Below, piece by piece: positions 1-8,352 of a stretch of 32,000 nucleotides of DNA (the first letter of the stretch is position 1; every line of letters starts with the position of its first letter). This stretch comes from Methylomicrobium lacus LW14 (lineage in GTDB: Bacteria > Pseudomonadota > Gammaproteobacteria > Methylococcales > Methylomonadaceae), in assembly GCF_000527095.1 (NCBI RefSeq), contig NZ_AZUN01000001.1, positions 2,876,569 through 2,908,568 of the forward strand. Direction: 5' to 3'. Under the pieces are notes generated by a model that had not been told where the DNA came from, ran no database searches, and was given only the letters and a program-made list of their open reading frames with translations. The translations under genes and the position numbers were made by a program.

Positions 1-696
1 CAACGGACGCAAGGTGGCAAACACGCTGCCCAAGGGTCCGGGCTGACTCAAGATTTCCTGGTCATAGATGCGCACCCGATCAAAATCCACCGTGCCGCTG
101 TCGGTCTGTCGTTGCCCCATATTGTCCCAATCCGAATGAATCCGGATGCCCGGGCGATCGCTAGGAATCGCGGCGATGACCAATTTGCCGCCCGCCTCGG
201 TCAAGGCCGATACGATCAAATGATCGGAATCGCTGGCGCCGGAGCAAAAGCTTTTGGTGCCGTGCACCAGCCAGTCCTGGCCGTCGGCACTGATCTTGGC
301 GCGGGTGTCCAGAGGGTTCAGGGTGTTGCCCCAAAACCAGCTGTTTTTAACCGTTTCGCGGTAATAATGCGGCCATTGGTCGCCGAACAGCCGCAGCGTC
401 GCCAGCAGCAAATGCTGGAAACCGAACAGATGCCCGAGCGAGCTGTCGGCCCTGGAAATAATGCGCACGATCTGCAAGGTATCGTGCCAATCCAGGCCGT
501 GCCCGCCGTATTCGCCCGGGATGATCAGGTTTAATAGGCCGCTTTGACGCAGGCTGTCGCGCTCGTTTTTAGCGGTGCCGCCGCGCCGATCGCGTTCCAC
601 GGCGGTGGCGGCAAACTCCGCCGCCAATTGTTCGGCCTTGTCGAACAACGCCTGAGTCTTTGCCTGCGCCTGCTTGGGAGGATTCGCCTTGCTCAT
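1..696 (-). CDS. SfnB-family (acyl-CoA dehydrogenase-like) sulfur-acquisition oxidoreductase; N-terminal part only, C-terminus runs off the left edge
   Basis: My minus-strand translation from ATG 694-696 reads MSKANPPKQAQAKTQALFDKAEQLAAEFAATAVERDRRGGTAKNERDSLRQSGLLNLIIPGEYGGHGLDWHDTLQIVRIISRADSSLGHLFGFQHL..., typical of SfnB/DszC-like flavoproteins. The ORF track omits it because it has no stop in the window. Its ATG overlaps the sfnG stop (ATGA at 694-698). Confidence 0.8.
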   Translation of the reverse strand, partial: MSKANPPKQAQAKTQALFDKAEQLAAEFAATAVERDRRGGTAKNERDSLRQSGLLNLIIPGEYGGHGLDWHDTLQIVRIISRADSSLGHLFGFQHLLLATLRLFGDQWPHYYRETVKNSWFWGNTLNPLDTRAKISADGQDWLVHGTKSFCSGASDSDHLIVSALTEAGGKLVIAAIPSDRPGIRIHSDWDNMGQRQTDSGTVDFDRVRIYDQEILSQPGPLGSVFATLRPL

Positions 697-1802
697 CAGG
701 CGGCCACTTGGTCGGCTTGCCGCGCTTCCAGTTCGCGGACCAAAGGCAAAACCCGCTGCCCGAAATAGTCGACTTCTTCCTGGAAATGCAAAAAGCCGGT
801 CAGGATCAAGTCTACGCCGACTGCTTTCAACGCGACAATACGTTCGGCGATTTGCTCGGGCGTGCCGATCAGATTGGTCTTGAAGCCGTCGTTATATTGC
901 ACCAAGTCCTCGAATGTGGACTTGGCCCAGTTGCCCTCGCCTTCCGGGGACGCTTTTCCCGCCTGCTTGGCTTCATGTCCGAATGCATTGACCGCTTCCG
1001 TGTCGGCTTTTTCAATGATTTCATTCAGCACCGCCTGGGCTTCCGCCTCGGTGTCCCGGGCGATCACGAAGGCATTGACGCCGATCTTGACCGCATGGCC
1101 TTCCTTGGCCGCCTTGGCGCGAATATCGTCGACCTGCGCCTTGATGCCCTCCAGCGTATTGCCGTTGGTGAAATACCAATCCGAAACCCGGGCCGCCATA
1201 TCGCGCGCCGCCCTGGAACTGCCGCCCTGAAAGATCTCCGGATGCGGTTGTTGCAGGGGTTTCGGCTTCAGGGTGAAATGGTGGAAACGGTAGAAATCGC
1301 CGAAAAAGCTGAAATCGTCCTGCGTCCAAATGCCTTTCAGCGCGCGGATAAATTCTTCCGAACGGCGATAACGTTCGTCATGCTCCAGCCACGGCTCGCC
1401 GATCGCGGTAAATTCGGTTTTGAACCAGCCGCTGACGATATTGACGGCGATACGGCCGGCCGTCAGGTGGTCGATCGTCGCAATCTGCTTGGCGACGACG
1501 GCCGGATGCCAGGGTCCCGGCAAGATGGCCGCGATCACCCGCAGTTTCTGGGTGGCCGCCAACAGGGCATGAGTGAAAGAGACCGACTCGTGCTGATACT
1601 CCGCACCATAACCCGCGGTGAAACGGATCTGCGTGAGGGCGTAGTCGAAGCCGCTACGCTCGGCGATTTGCGCGAGCTTGCGGTTATAGTCGATATCCCA
1701 GCTGGTGCGTTGCTCGATTTTACTGACCAGCAGGCCGCCGCTGACATTGGGCACCCAGTAGGCGAATTTGATCGGGTTGTCGCTGTGATGTGATGGGCTC
1801 AT
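696..1802 (-). CDS. sfnG: FMNH2-dependent dimethylsulfone monooxygenase SfnG (LLM-class flavin monooxygenase)
   Basis: The 368-aa ORF contains IKFAYWVPNVSGGLLVSKIEQRTSWDIDYNRKLAQIAERSGF...EPWLEHDERYRRSEEFIRALKGIWTQ...IFQGGSSRAARDMAARVSDWYFTNGN. This matches my memory of Pseudomonas SfnG almost collinearly. A GAGGA Shine-Dalgarno sits upstream of ATG 1802. Confidence 0.9.
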   Translation of the reverse strand: MSPSHHSDNPIKFAYWVPNVSGGLLVSKIEQRTSWDIDYNRKLAQIAERSGFDYALTQIRFTAGYGAEYQHESVSFTHALLAATQKLRVIAAILPGPWHPAVVAKQIATIDHLTAGRIAVNIVSGWFKTEFTAIGEPWLEHDERYRRSEEFIRALKGIWTQDDFSFFGDFYRFHHFTLKPKPLQQPHPEIFQGGSSRAARDMAARVSDWYFTNGNTLEGIKAQVDDIRAKAAKEGHAVKIGVNAFVIARDTEAEAQAVLNEIIEKADTEAVNAFGHEAKQAGKASPEGEGNWAKSTFEDLVQYNDGFKTNLIGTPEQIAERIVALKAVGVDLILTGFLHFQEEVDYFGQRVLPLVRELEARQADQVAA

Positions 1803-1812
1803 GTGGATTTCC

Positions 1813-2355
1813 TCACGCGGCGTCGCTGGCCAGGGCGTTCAGCGGCGCGCCATTGAGTATGACCGTACCGGCCACCTCGACCGGCCGGGTCAGGGTATCG
1901 AGCACGGGGCAGTGCGCTTCCACAGCCGCCACCAGCTGGCTGATCGTTTCCGGGTCCGCAGGACTCTTCAATGTGGTTTCGAAGCTGATTTTCTGGAAAC
2001 CGGAGGGCACCTCTTGCAAGCCGAAGAGCCCGTTGAGATCCAGGTAGCCCTTGGCGCTCACCTCGACGGCCTCCAACGGGATGCCCAACACGGCGGCGTA
2101 GGCCGCATAGACGATTTCCTGGCAGGTGCCGAGCGCGGCCAGGATCAGCTCGACCGGGTTTGCCCCCGCGTCTCCCCCACCCAGCTCGGGGGGTTCGTCA
2201 ATGATCAGCGGCGGAAAATCCCGCACTTCGGCGGCGCAGCGCACGCCATCGAGCAGGCGGGTCTGCGCCTTGAAGACCAGGCGGGCGCCCGCCGGATTTT
2301 GTTGCAGGGCGGCAATGGTGTTCTCTAATGTGGCTTTCAAATCATTCTGTGACAT
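1813..2355 (-). CDS. OsmC-family (peroxiredoxin-like) protein
   Basis: I chose internal ATG 2355 (MSQNDLKATLENTIAALQQN...) because a GGAG Shine-Dalgarno precedes it. The upstream extension to 2529 is Arg/Gly-rich junk. The sequence ...GANPVELILAALGTCQEI...VEAHCPVLDTL carries the two OsmC/Ohr cysteine contexts. Confidence 0.8.
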   Translation of the reverse strand: MSQNDLKATLENTIAALQQNPAGARLVFKAQTRLLDGVRCAAEVRDFPPLIIDEPPELGGGDAGANPVELILAALGTCQEIVYAAYAAVLGIPLEAVEVSAKGYLDLNGLFGLQEVPSGFQKISFETTLKSPADPETISQLVAAVEAHCPVLDTLTRPVEVAGTVILNGAPLNALASDAA

Positions 2356-2468
2356 GTGAATCTCCGAAATATTGAGCTGGGGCTGTCGATTGAGAAGGCT
2401 GGCTTCGCGCCTATTCCTTCCCATCGAGGCGTGGCAAAGGTTGATAAATCGAAACGCTCTTGCAGGCT

Positions 2469-3650
2469 TTACTCGCCGCCTGCCTCGAACAGCTCCAGCG
2501 GCAATCCCACCAGCGCCTTGCCGATCCATTCGCGGGCGATGTTGTTCGACGGCCCCATGCCGATGCCGGCGCGGGCATCACGGAAGATGCGTTCGATCGG
2601 GCCTTTCTTGTAACCGTAACCGCCGCTGACATCCAGGGCGTTGCGTGCCGAGATATTGGCGACTTCCGCCGCATGCACCTTGAATTCGGTCAACGGCAGC
2701 AGGATTTGCCCTTGCGGCTGACCGGCGGCCTGCAATTGGTCCAATTGCCGCGCCAGATCGTGCTGCCAGGGGCGCAGGCTTTCGACCAACACCTTGGACT
2801 CGCCCAATTGCTGGCGCAGCACTTGGTAGTCGGACAGTTTGCGGTTGAAATCGCGGTGAATGGTGCCGGTCAGATGGTCTGAAGCTTTTTCCAATGCCGC
2901 CCTGGCCACACCGTGCCAGACAGAGCCCAGACCGACCAGATAGACCGGCGATACGCCGTGGTAAACGATGTCTTTGCCCTGGCCTTCGTCGCCCAGGCGA
3001 TCGATGCTTTTCACATTGACATCCTTATAGGTGATCGGCCCGCTGTGGTTGCCGCGCACCCCGAGCGCTTCCCAGGTGCCGTGCGTGATGCCGTCCAGTT
3101 TGGAATCGACGATGAAGAAGCTGATATCGGTAGGGCCTTTGGCGCCCGGCGAACGGGTTTGAAAAATATAGTAATCCGCTTGTCCGGCACTGGTGGTAAA
3201 TGACTTTTCCGCATTGAGCAGATAGTTATCGTCGTTGCCACGGGAAGCTTCGCTGAAGTTAAACCACCAGTGTCCGCCCGAGGCTTTTTCGCTGGTCGAA
3301 TAGGTGCCGATCAAACCGTCGCGGGCAGGCTTCAACCAACGTTCTTTTTGGTCGTGGTTGCCGAATAAGTTGATGGTCTGCGCCGCACCGGTGTGCATCA
3401 CATAGACCAGGCCGGTCGAAGCGCAGGCGCGGCCGATTTCTTCCGCCACGATCGAAAAGGCGACATGATCCAGACCCAGGCCGCCGTATTCCTTCGGAAT
3501 CAGCACGCCATTCCAACCCGCCCGGCCCAAGGCCTCAAGATTCTCCCGCGGGAAAACGCCCTGGTCGGTTTGTTCGGCATTAGGCCGGATGACTTCGTCA
3601 ACCAAGGTGCGAATTTCGGAACGGATTTTTTCGTAATCGTGTACAGACAT
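2469..3650 (-). CDS. Acyl-CoA dehydrogenase family protein (SfnA/DszC-like flavin-dependent oxygenase candidate)
   Basis: The 393-aa ORF has a strong AAGGAG Shine-Dalgarno before ATG 3650. ACAD-like blocks are present: IPKEYGGLGLD, IAEEIGRACASTGLVYVMH, SEKASGGH and YGYKKGPIERIFRDARAG. Confidence 0.8.
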   Translation of the reverse strand: MSVHDYEKIRSEIRTLVDEVIRPNAEQTDQGVFPRENLEALGRAGWNGVLIPKEYGGLGLDHVAFSIVAEEIGRACASTGLVYVMHTGAAQTINLFGNHDQKERWLKPARDGLIGTYSTSEKASGGHWWFNFSEASRGNDDNYLLNAEKSFTTSAGQADYYIFQTRSPGAKGPTDISFFIVDSKLDGITHGTWEALGVRGNHSGPITYKDVNVKSIDRLGDEGQGKDIVYHGVSPVYLVGLGSVWHGVARAALEKASDHLTGTIHRDFNRKLSDYQVLRQQLGESKVLVESLRPWQHDLARQLDQLQAAGQPQGQILLPLTEFKVHAAEVANISARNALDVSGGYGYKKGPIERIFRDARAGIGMGPSNNIAREWIGKALVGLPLELFEAGGE

Positions 3651-3660
3651 GATGCTCTCC

Positions 3661-4239
3661 TTAAGCTACTTCACATAATTGGGTTTGATCCGCGCGGATA
3701 AGCGCCGCGACAACGGCTTGGCGCGCTGCCGCATGGATGCGTTCATTGACGATGGCATCGCTAAAGCGTGATCCGTCATAGTTCTGTTCGGTGGCGTAGA
3801 TGCCGGAAGGGACGGTTTGCGCACCGAAGAAGCCGAATAGCGGCCGCAGTTGATGTTCGATAATCAGGGCATGCTTTTCCCCGCCGCCGGTGGCGCCGAG
3901 AATCACCGGCACGTCGTTCAGCGCCTTCACATCCAGAAAATCAAACACATGCTTGAATAGGCCGGTATAGGAACCTTTGTAAACCGGTGTGACCGCTACC
4001 AGGATGTCGGCCGACCCGATAGAATCCAGCACGGCTTTGCCACTATCGCTCAGCTCGCCCGGATGACGGGCTGGACCGAACACCGGGCCCAGATCAGCCA
4101 AGCTGTGAGTTATGACTTCAATACAAGCTTGCGGGTAAGCTTGCTGCTTGATGGCTTCCACGATTTGCTCGGCCAATGCGAGCGTCTTGGACGGCAGCCC
4201 TAGATTGCCCGAAACAACCACGACTTTTAATGTACTCAT
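3661..4239 (-). CDS. NAD(P)H-dependent FMN reductase (SsuE/MsuE/SfnF class)
   Basis: Internal ATG 4239 gives MSTLKVVVVSGNLGLPSKTLALAE...ADILVAVTPVYKGSYTGLFKHVFD...ILGATGGGEKHAL, a flavodoxin-like FMN reductase signature. It is the first gene of the minus-strand sfn operon. Confidence 0.8.
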   Translation of the reverse strand: MSTLKVVVVSGNLGLPSKTLALAEQIVEAIKQQAYPQACIEVITHSLADLGPVFGPARHPGELSDSGKAVLDSIGSADILVAVTPVYKGSYTGLFKHVFDFLDVKALNDVPVILGATGGGEKHALIIEHQLRPLFGFFGAQTVPSGIYATEQNYDGSRFSDAIVNERIHAAARQAVVAALIRADQTQLCEVA

Positions 4240-4306
4240 GTTGATTGCCTTTGTACGGTTGAAAAATCCCAATGCCTGCAAAGCATGGGTACTGTACTTA
4301 AGCTTT

Positions 4307-4322
4307 AGCACCGATTATGCCA
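4307..4322 (-). promoter_or_regulatory. Candidate sigma54 (-24/-12) promoter for the sfn operon
   Basis: The minus strand reads TGGCATaatcgGTGCT. The GG-N10-GC spacing is identical to the consensus TGGCAC-N5-TTGCW. It lies about 70-85 nt upstream of ATG 4239. Confidence 0.55.
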
Positions 4323-4398
4323 ACACGTAACCTATTGTTTTTTAAATGATTGCCGAGAGCCTTATCGATTTGAATGCCGATTTTGCAGCAGCGAATCA

Positions 4399-4428
4399 CA
4401 ACGATTGCCGCTACAGCGGCAATCGTTG
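4399..4428. promoter_or_regulatory. 14-bp perfect inverted repeat (CAACGATTGCCGCT-ac-AGCGGCAATCGTTG); candidate enhancer-binding-protein site shared by two divergent sigma54 promoters
   Basis: The palindrome is read directly from the sequence. Its centre lies roughly 90-120 nt from both predicted sigma54 start sites. A further GATTGCCG copy sits at 4348-4355. Confidence 0.5.
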
Positions 4429-4476
4429 CGGGACATGCAACCGGCAACCCCAGCGTTAAGGCTGTGCAAGATCATT

Positions 4477-4492
4477 TGGCACAATACCTGCT
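4477..4492 (+). promoter_or_regulatory. Candidate sigma54 (-24/-12) promoter for the amidohydrolase gene
   Basis: The plus strand reads TGGCACaatacCTGCT with exact consensus spacing, about 75 nt upstream of ATG 4565. Confidence 0.6.
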
Positions 4493-4564
4493 GCTTCTGT
4501 GGCTTGAACACCAGCCGAAGCGAAGATCGCTTCAACACATTAGCCAAATCCGAGAATTGACAAG

Positions 4565-5413
4565 ATGTCCAGACCGATAATCGACATGCGCAGCCGACCT
4601 GCGTTTCTGCATGATTTTTATGGCGCAACGCCGGCAACACCCGAATACGAAACCGCCAAATGGCTTAATCGCCGCTTGGGCTCTAAACAGGACGATCACT
4701 TTGTCCGCTCGCATACCCTGGATGGGTTTATCGAGGAAATTCGCGAGGTGGGTATCCGCCATGCGGTCGTCGTCGGCCGCGATACGCCCGACATCACAAT
4801 CTCCAACGAGACCATCCGGGACATTACCTCGCCGCACCCGGAACTGATCGGCATCGCCTCGGTAAACCCGCAGGCGCTGGATAGCCGTGCCATCGCCGAA
4901 GCCATTGAAAAGGCCGTGAACACACTGGGTTTGAAGGGAGTTAACATAGAACCCGGATTCGGCGCGCCGCCCATTCAGGCCGATGACCCGTTGCTCTACC
5001 CGATTTACGACGCCTGCGAGCAACTGGATGTACCGGTGTTTTTAATGTCAGGTCCGACCACGCCGAACCTGGAATATGCCAATCCGGTCGCCGTCGGCAA
5101 GGTGGCCAGGGCTTTTTCAGGTTTGCCTATTGTCTGCTACCACGGTTTTTATCCGTATGTGAACGAAATGATCGGCGTCGCGTTTCGCTATGAAAACGTT
5201 TACGTCGTCCCGGACATGTATATTTTTCTGCCGGGCGGAAGCCTGTATGTGGAAGCGGCCAACGGTTTTATGAAGGAGCAATTGCTGTTTGGCAGCTCGT
5301 ATCCGTTCCGGGCGATGGGGCAAACGCTCGATGACTTTATACGGCTCGGTTTACACGAGGAGGTGCTGGATCGGGTGTTGTATCAAAACGCGAAGCGTTT
5401 ATTGCGGATTTGA
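4565..5413 (+). CDS. Amidohydrolase-2 family (TIM-barrel metal-dependent hydrolase) protein
   Basis: The 282-aa ORF reads IDMRSRP...GIRHAVVVGRD...GLKGVNIEPGF...PVFLMSGP...IVCYHGFYPY...LLFGSSYPF. Length and block order fit amidohydrolase_2/ACMSD-like proteins. Confidence 0.75.
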   Translation: MSRPIIDMRSRPAFLHDFYGATPATPEYETAKWLNRRLGSKQDDHFVRSHTLDGFIEEIREVGIRHAVVVGRDTPDITISNETIRDITSPHPELIGIASVNPQALDSRAIAEAIEKAVNTLGLKGVNIEPGFGAPPIQADDPLLYPIYDACEQLDVPVFLMSGPTTPNLEYANPVAVGKVARAFSGLPIVCYHGFYPYVNEMIGVAFRYENVYVVPDMYIFLPGGSLYVEAANGFMKEQLLFGSSYPFRAMGQTLDDFIRLGLHEEVLDRVLYQNAKRLLRI

Positions 5414-5468
5414 CCGATAGGCCGGATTTGCCGAATAATCCCAGCGCGGATTATTCGGCATCTTTCCG

Positions 5469-6836
5469 TTAAAATTTGAAATTCGCGCCCGCCCCCAACG
5501 CCCATTCGCTGGCATTCACATGGTAATCGCCCAACGCCAGCGTGCTGCGGTCTGCGGTGCCTTCAAAGGCATAGGCCGCAAACGAATCCAGTCTGAACTT
5601 GGGTGTAAAGGCGTACCCCACACCGGCGGTGACGGTATGCTCCCAAACGACCGGGCCTAAAGTCGTTTGTACGACTTTAATCAAATCATTGCTGTTAAGC
5701 ACACCGGGAACACTGGTGTCCAAAGGCAGCGTCCCTACACCTGTAAAGCCGCCCACCGTGCCGTTCGGTTCGTCGCGCAGCAACTTTGAGGCATAACTGT
5801 AACCTGAGCGGAATTGCCAGTTGCCGAGGCTATATTGGCCACCCAACATGGCCAGGAATTGATCCTTGTAGACATCTTTATACAAAGACGATTTGGACCA
5901 GTTTTTCCAGGCGACGTCCGCCTCCAATAACAAGTTGGGCGTCGCATTGGCCGCGATACCCCAGGTAACCTCCAGCGGTTGTTCGAGCTTGACGTCCTGG
6001 TATGCCTGGCTGCCGCCCACGGTGGTCGACAAGACATTTTGATAGTGGTATTGCAGAGGGGTCTTGATCGAGGCACCCAGCTTCACATCCTGCGTGAGCT
6101 GATAGGTTGCGCCCAAGGCGCCGCGAATCGAAATATCATGTACGCTGGACGTCGTCCCGCCAAAATCGCCCGACAAGCCGGCGAGCCCCGTCGTATTGCC
6201 GGCAGTCCCGAATTGGCCCAAACCGAATCCCACCGTTAATGCGGCCCCTAACGACAAATCCGGCGTCACCTCATAAGCCGCCCCCACGTTGGCGCTAAAC
6301 GACAGTAACTCTACGTCCAACGGCAATGTCGCCGCGCCGCCGAGCCCGGCGCCACCCAGGCCGAGTCCGGCCCCGGCGTTGATCGGATGGGTGCGATAAT
6401 CCGCGCCCAAGCCGGAATCCACCCCGACGCCGGCACCAACCACAAAGCCGGGCAAGACTTCTCCGCTGAGCGCCACATCCGGCGCGATATAATTCTGCGC
6501 CAGACTGTGGGATCGGTTGGTGAAGCCGTTATTGCTTTGATAATTGTCCACATCCGGCTCGAGGATGGCGGCGCCTAAGCCAAAATTGAAGCCTTTAAAC
6601 TGAGTCAGAGTGGCCGGATTGCCAAACAACGCCGCGGAAACTTCTTGCGGCTTGGTATAAGCCGCGCCGGCCATACCGCCGGCAATGGGTTTTGCAGACA
6701 AATTCAGGTCAGTGCCGGTATTCAGCGCCAATACGCGAGGCGATGCCGCACTGGCTAGCGCCAATAACATCACCTGATTAAACCGCCATAGATTGATGCG
6801 TCTGTCATTTCCGAGAGGAATCGATGCTGTGTTCAT
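5469..6836 (-). CDS. Outer-membrane transport protein, FadL/OmpP1/TodX family
   Basis: I chose start ATG 6836 (MNTASIPLGNDRRINLWRFNQVMLLALASAASPRVLA = signal peptide). The N-terminal block GMAGAAYTKPQEVSAALFGNPATLTQFKG resembles the FadL hatch. The protein has Gly/aromatic-rich beta-strand periodicity and a C-terminal ...GAGANFKF. The track's longer ORF (to 6959) reads through a predicted promoter. Confidence 0.7.
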   Translation of the reverse strand: MNTASIPLGNDRRINLWRFNQVMLLALASAASPRVLALNTGTDLNLSAKPIAGGMAGAAYTKPQEVSAALFGNPATLTQFKGFNFGLGAAILEPDVDNYQSNNGFTNRSHSLAQNYIAPDVALSGEVLPGFVVGAGVGVDSGLGADYRTHPINAGAGLGLGGAGLGGAATLPLDVELLSFSANVGAAYEVTPDLSLGAALTVGFGLGQFGTAGNTTGLAGLSGDFGGTTSSVHDISIRGALGATYQLTQDVKLGASIKTPLQYHYQNVLSTTVGGSQAYQDVKLEQPLEVTWGIAANATPNLLLEADVAWKNWSKSSLYKDVYKDQFLAMLGGQYSLGNWQFRSGYSYASKLLRDEPNGTVGGFTGVGTLPLDTSVPGVLNSNDLIKVVQTTLGPVVWEHTVTAGVGYAFTPKFRLDSFAAYAFEGTADRSTLALGDYHVNASEWALGAGANFKF

Positions 6837-6938
6837 TGTTAAACTCCAATAAAATATTTTCAGGTATCGGCCACGTCCGTTTAGCTTGTCCGAATAGGGT
6901 TCATAAAGGACAAACACGTTCTGCCTGAAAGCCTCTAT

Positions 6939-6954
6939 TGCGAGCTTTGTGCCA
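6939..6954 (-). promoter_or_regulatory. Candidate sigma54 (-24/-12) promoter for the FadL-like gene
   Basis: The minus strand reads TGGCACaaagcTCGCA with exact GG-N10-GC spacing, about 100 nt upstream of ATG 6836. Confidence 0.55.
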
Positions 6955-7269
6955 AACATAACTCATTGTTTATAAATAACTATTTATAACATCTCGATTA
7001 TTAATGCCGCGCCAGCAGCAATGCTGTAGAAAAATTGCCGCTCTTGGCGCAACGCGCCATCCCCTGTCGCGCGGATTCTCCGCTGATACTAGAGAGCAAA
7101 CAGAGTTGACGCTAGCGATTGCCTGACAAATCCTTGGGTACCCGTTTTCCTTCAATAGCAAGAGGGCCCTTGCCCGGATCAATCGTCAGCAAAGCTACCC
7201 CCAAACCGGTAAAAAAGAGTAAAATACGGGGTTTTAAACCGCATTCGGCTTTTGCCCCGCGAGTATCCC

Positions 7270-8349
7270 ATGCATACAAAATACAAAACCGACGACCTGA
7301 GAATTTGTGAGACGAAGGAAGTCATCGCGCCCTATCAGGTGCATGATGAAATGCCGATTACCGACGAAGCGGCCGAAACCACCGCGAAAGCGCGTCAGGA
7401 AATTCATCACATTCTGACCGGCGAAGACGATCGGTTGCTGGTGATAGTCGGCCCTTGCTCGATCCATGACCCGGCCGCGGCGATCGATTATGCCAAGCGC
7501 TTGAAGGCGGTCAAGGACGAACTGGCGGAAGATTTGCAGCTCGTGATGCGGGTCTATTTCGAGAAACCGCGTACGACGGTCGGCTGGAAAGGTCTGATCA
7601 ACGATCCGGATATCGACTCCAGCTTCAACATCAACAAAGGCCTGCGCATTGCGCGCCGTTTGCTGCTCGATGTCGCGAATCTCGGCATGCCGGCCGCGAC
7701 CGAATACCTGGACCTGATTTCGCCGCAATACATTTCCGACCTGATTGCCTGGGGCGCGATCGGCGCGCGTACGACCGAAAGCCAGGGCCACCGCGAGCTG
7801 GCCTCCGGCGTGTCCTGCCCGATCGGTTTCAAGAATTCGACCGACGGCACGATCAAGATCGCGATCGATGCGATCGGCGCGGCGATGAGCCCGCATCACT
7901 TCCTGTCGATGACCAAGGGCGGGCATTCGGCGATTTTCTCGACCACCGGCAACGAAGATGTGCACATTATTTTGCGCGGCGGCAACAACCGGCCGAATTA
8001 TGACGCGGTCAGCGTCGAACAGGTCGCCGAAGGCCTGGTCAACGCCAAGCTCAGACCGAACATCATGATCGATTTCAGCCATGCGAACAGCCTGAAGCAA
8101 TGCCAGCGCCAGCTGATCGTCGGCGAGGATGTCGCCACTCAAATCGCCGGCGGCGATCACCGCATCATGGGCGTGATGGTCGAAAGCAATCTGGCCGCAG
8201 GCAAGCAGGACGTGGTGCCGGGCAAACCCTTGACCTATGGCCAAAGCATTACCGACGCCTGCCTCAGTTTCGAGGATACCGTGCCGCTGCTGCACAGCCT
8301 GGCGGAAGCCGTGCGCGAGCGCCGGTCGCTGGACAGCAAAGGAGCTTAA
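7270..8349 (+). CDS. 3-deoxy-7-phosphoheptulonate (DAHP) synthase, class I (AroF/G/H type)
   Basis: The sequence MHTKYKTDDLRI...DDRLLVIVGPCSIHDP...VMRVYFEKPRTTVGWKGLINDP...WGAIGARTTESQGHRELASG...IDFSHANS...GVMVESNL...YGQSITDAC is near-collinear with E. coli AroG as I remember it. The isozyme (feedback specificity) cannot be read from sequence. Confidence 0.92.
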   Translation: MHTKYKTDDLRICETKEVIAPYQVHDEMPITDEAAETTAKARQEIHHILTGEDDRLLVIVGPCSIHDPAAAIDYAKRLKAVKDELAEDLQLVMRVYFEKPRTTVGWKGLINDPDIDSSFNINKGLRIARRLLLDVANLGMPAATEYLDLISPQYISDLIAWGAIGARTTESQGHRELASGVSCPIGFKNSTDGTIKIAIDAIGAAMSPHHFLSMTKGGHSAIFSTTGNEDVHIILRGGNNRPNYDAVSVEQVAEGLVNAKLRPNIMIDFSHANSLKQCQRQLIVGEDVATQIAGGDHRIMGVMVESNLAAGKQDVVPGKPLTYGQSITDACLSFEDTVPLLHSLAEAVRERRSLDSKGA

Positions 8350-8352
8350 CCG

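Noticed and set aside
660-1793. 377-aa plus-strand ORF, plus smaller overlapping ORFs
   Set aside because: It is antisense to sfnG, whose identity is very strong. Its composition is typical of a GC-rich antisense frame.
6837-6959. Upstream extension of the FadL-like ORF (MFGTKLAIEAFRQ...)
   Set aside because: The extension translates the predicted sigma54 -24/-12 element itself (atg ttt ggc aca aag ctc gca) and lacks signal-peptide character. The internal ATG 6836 gives a plausible signal peptide.
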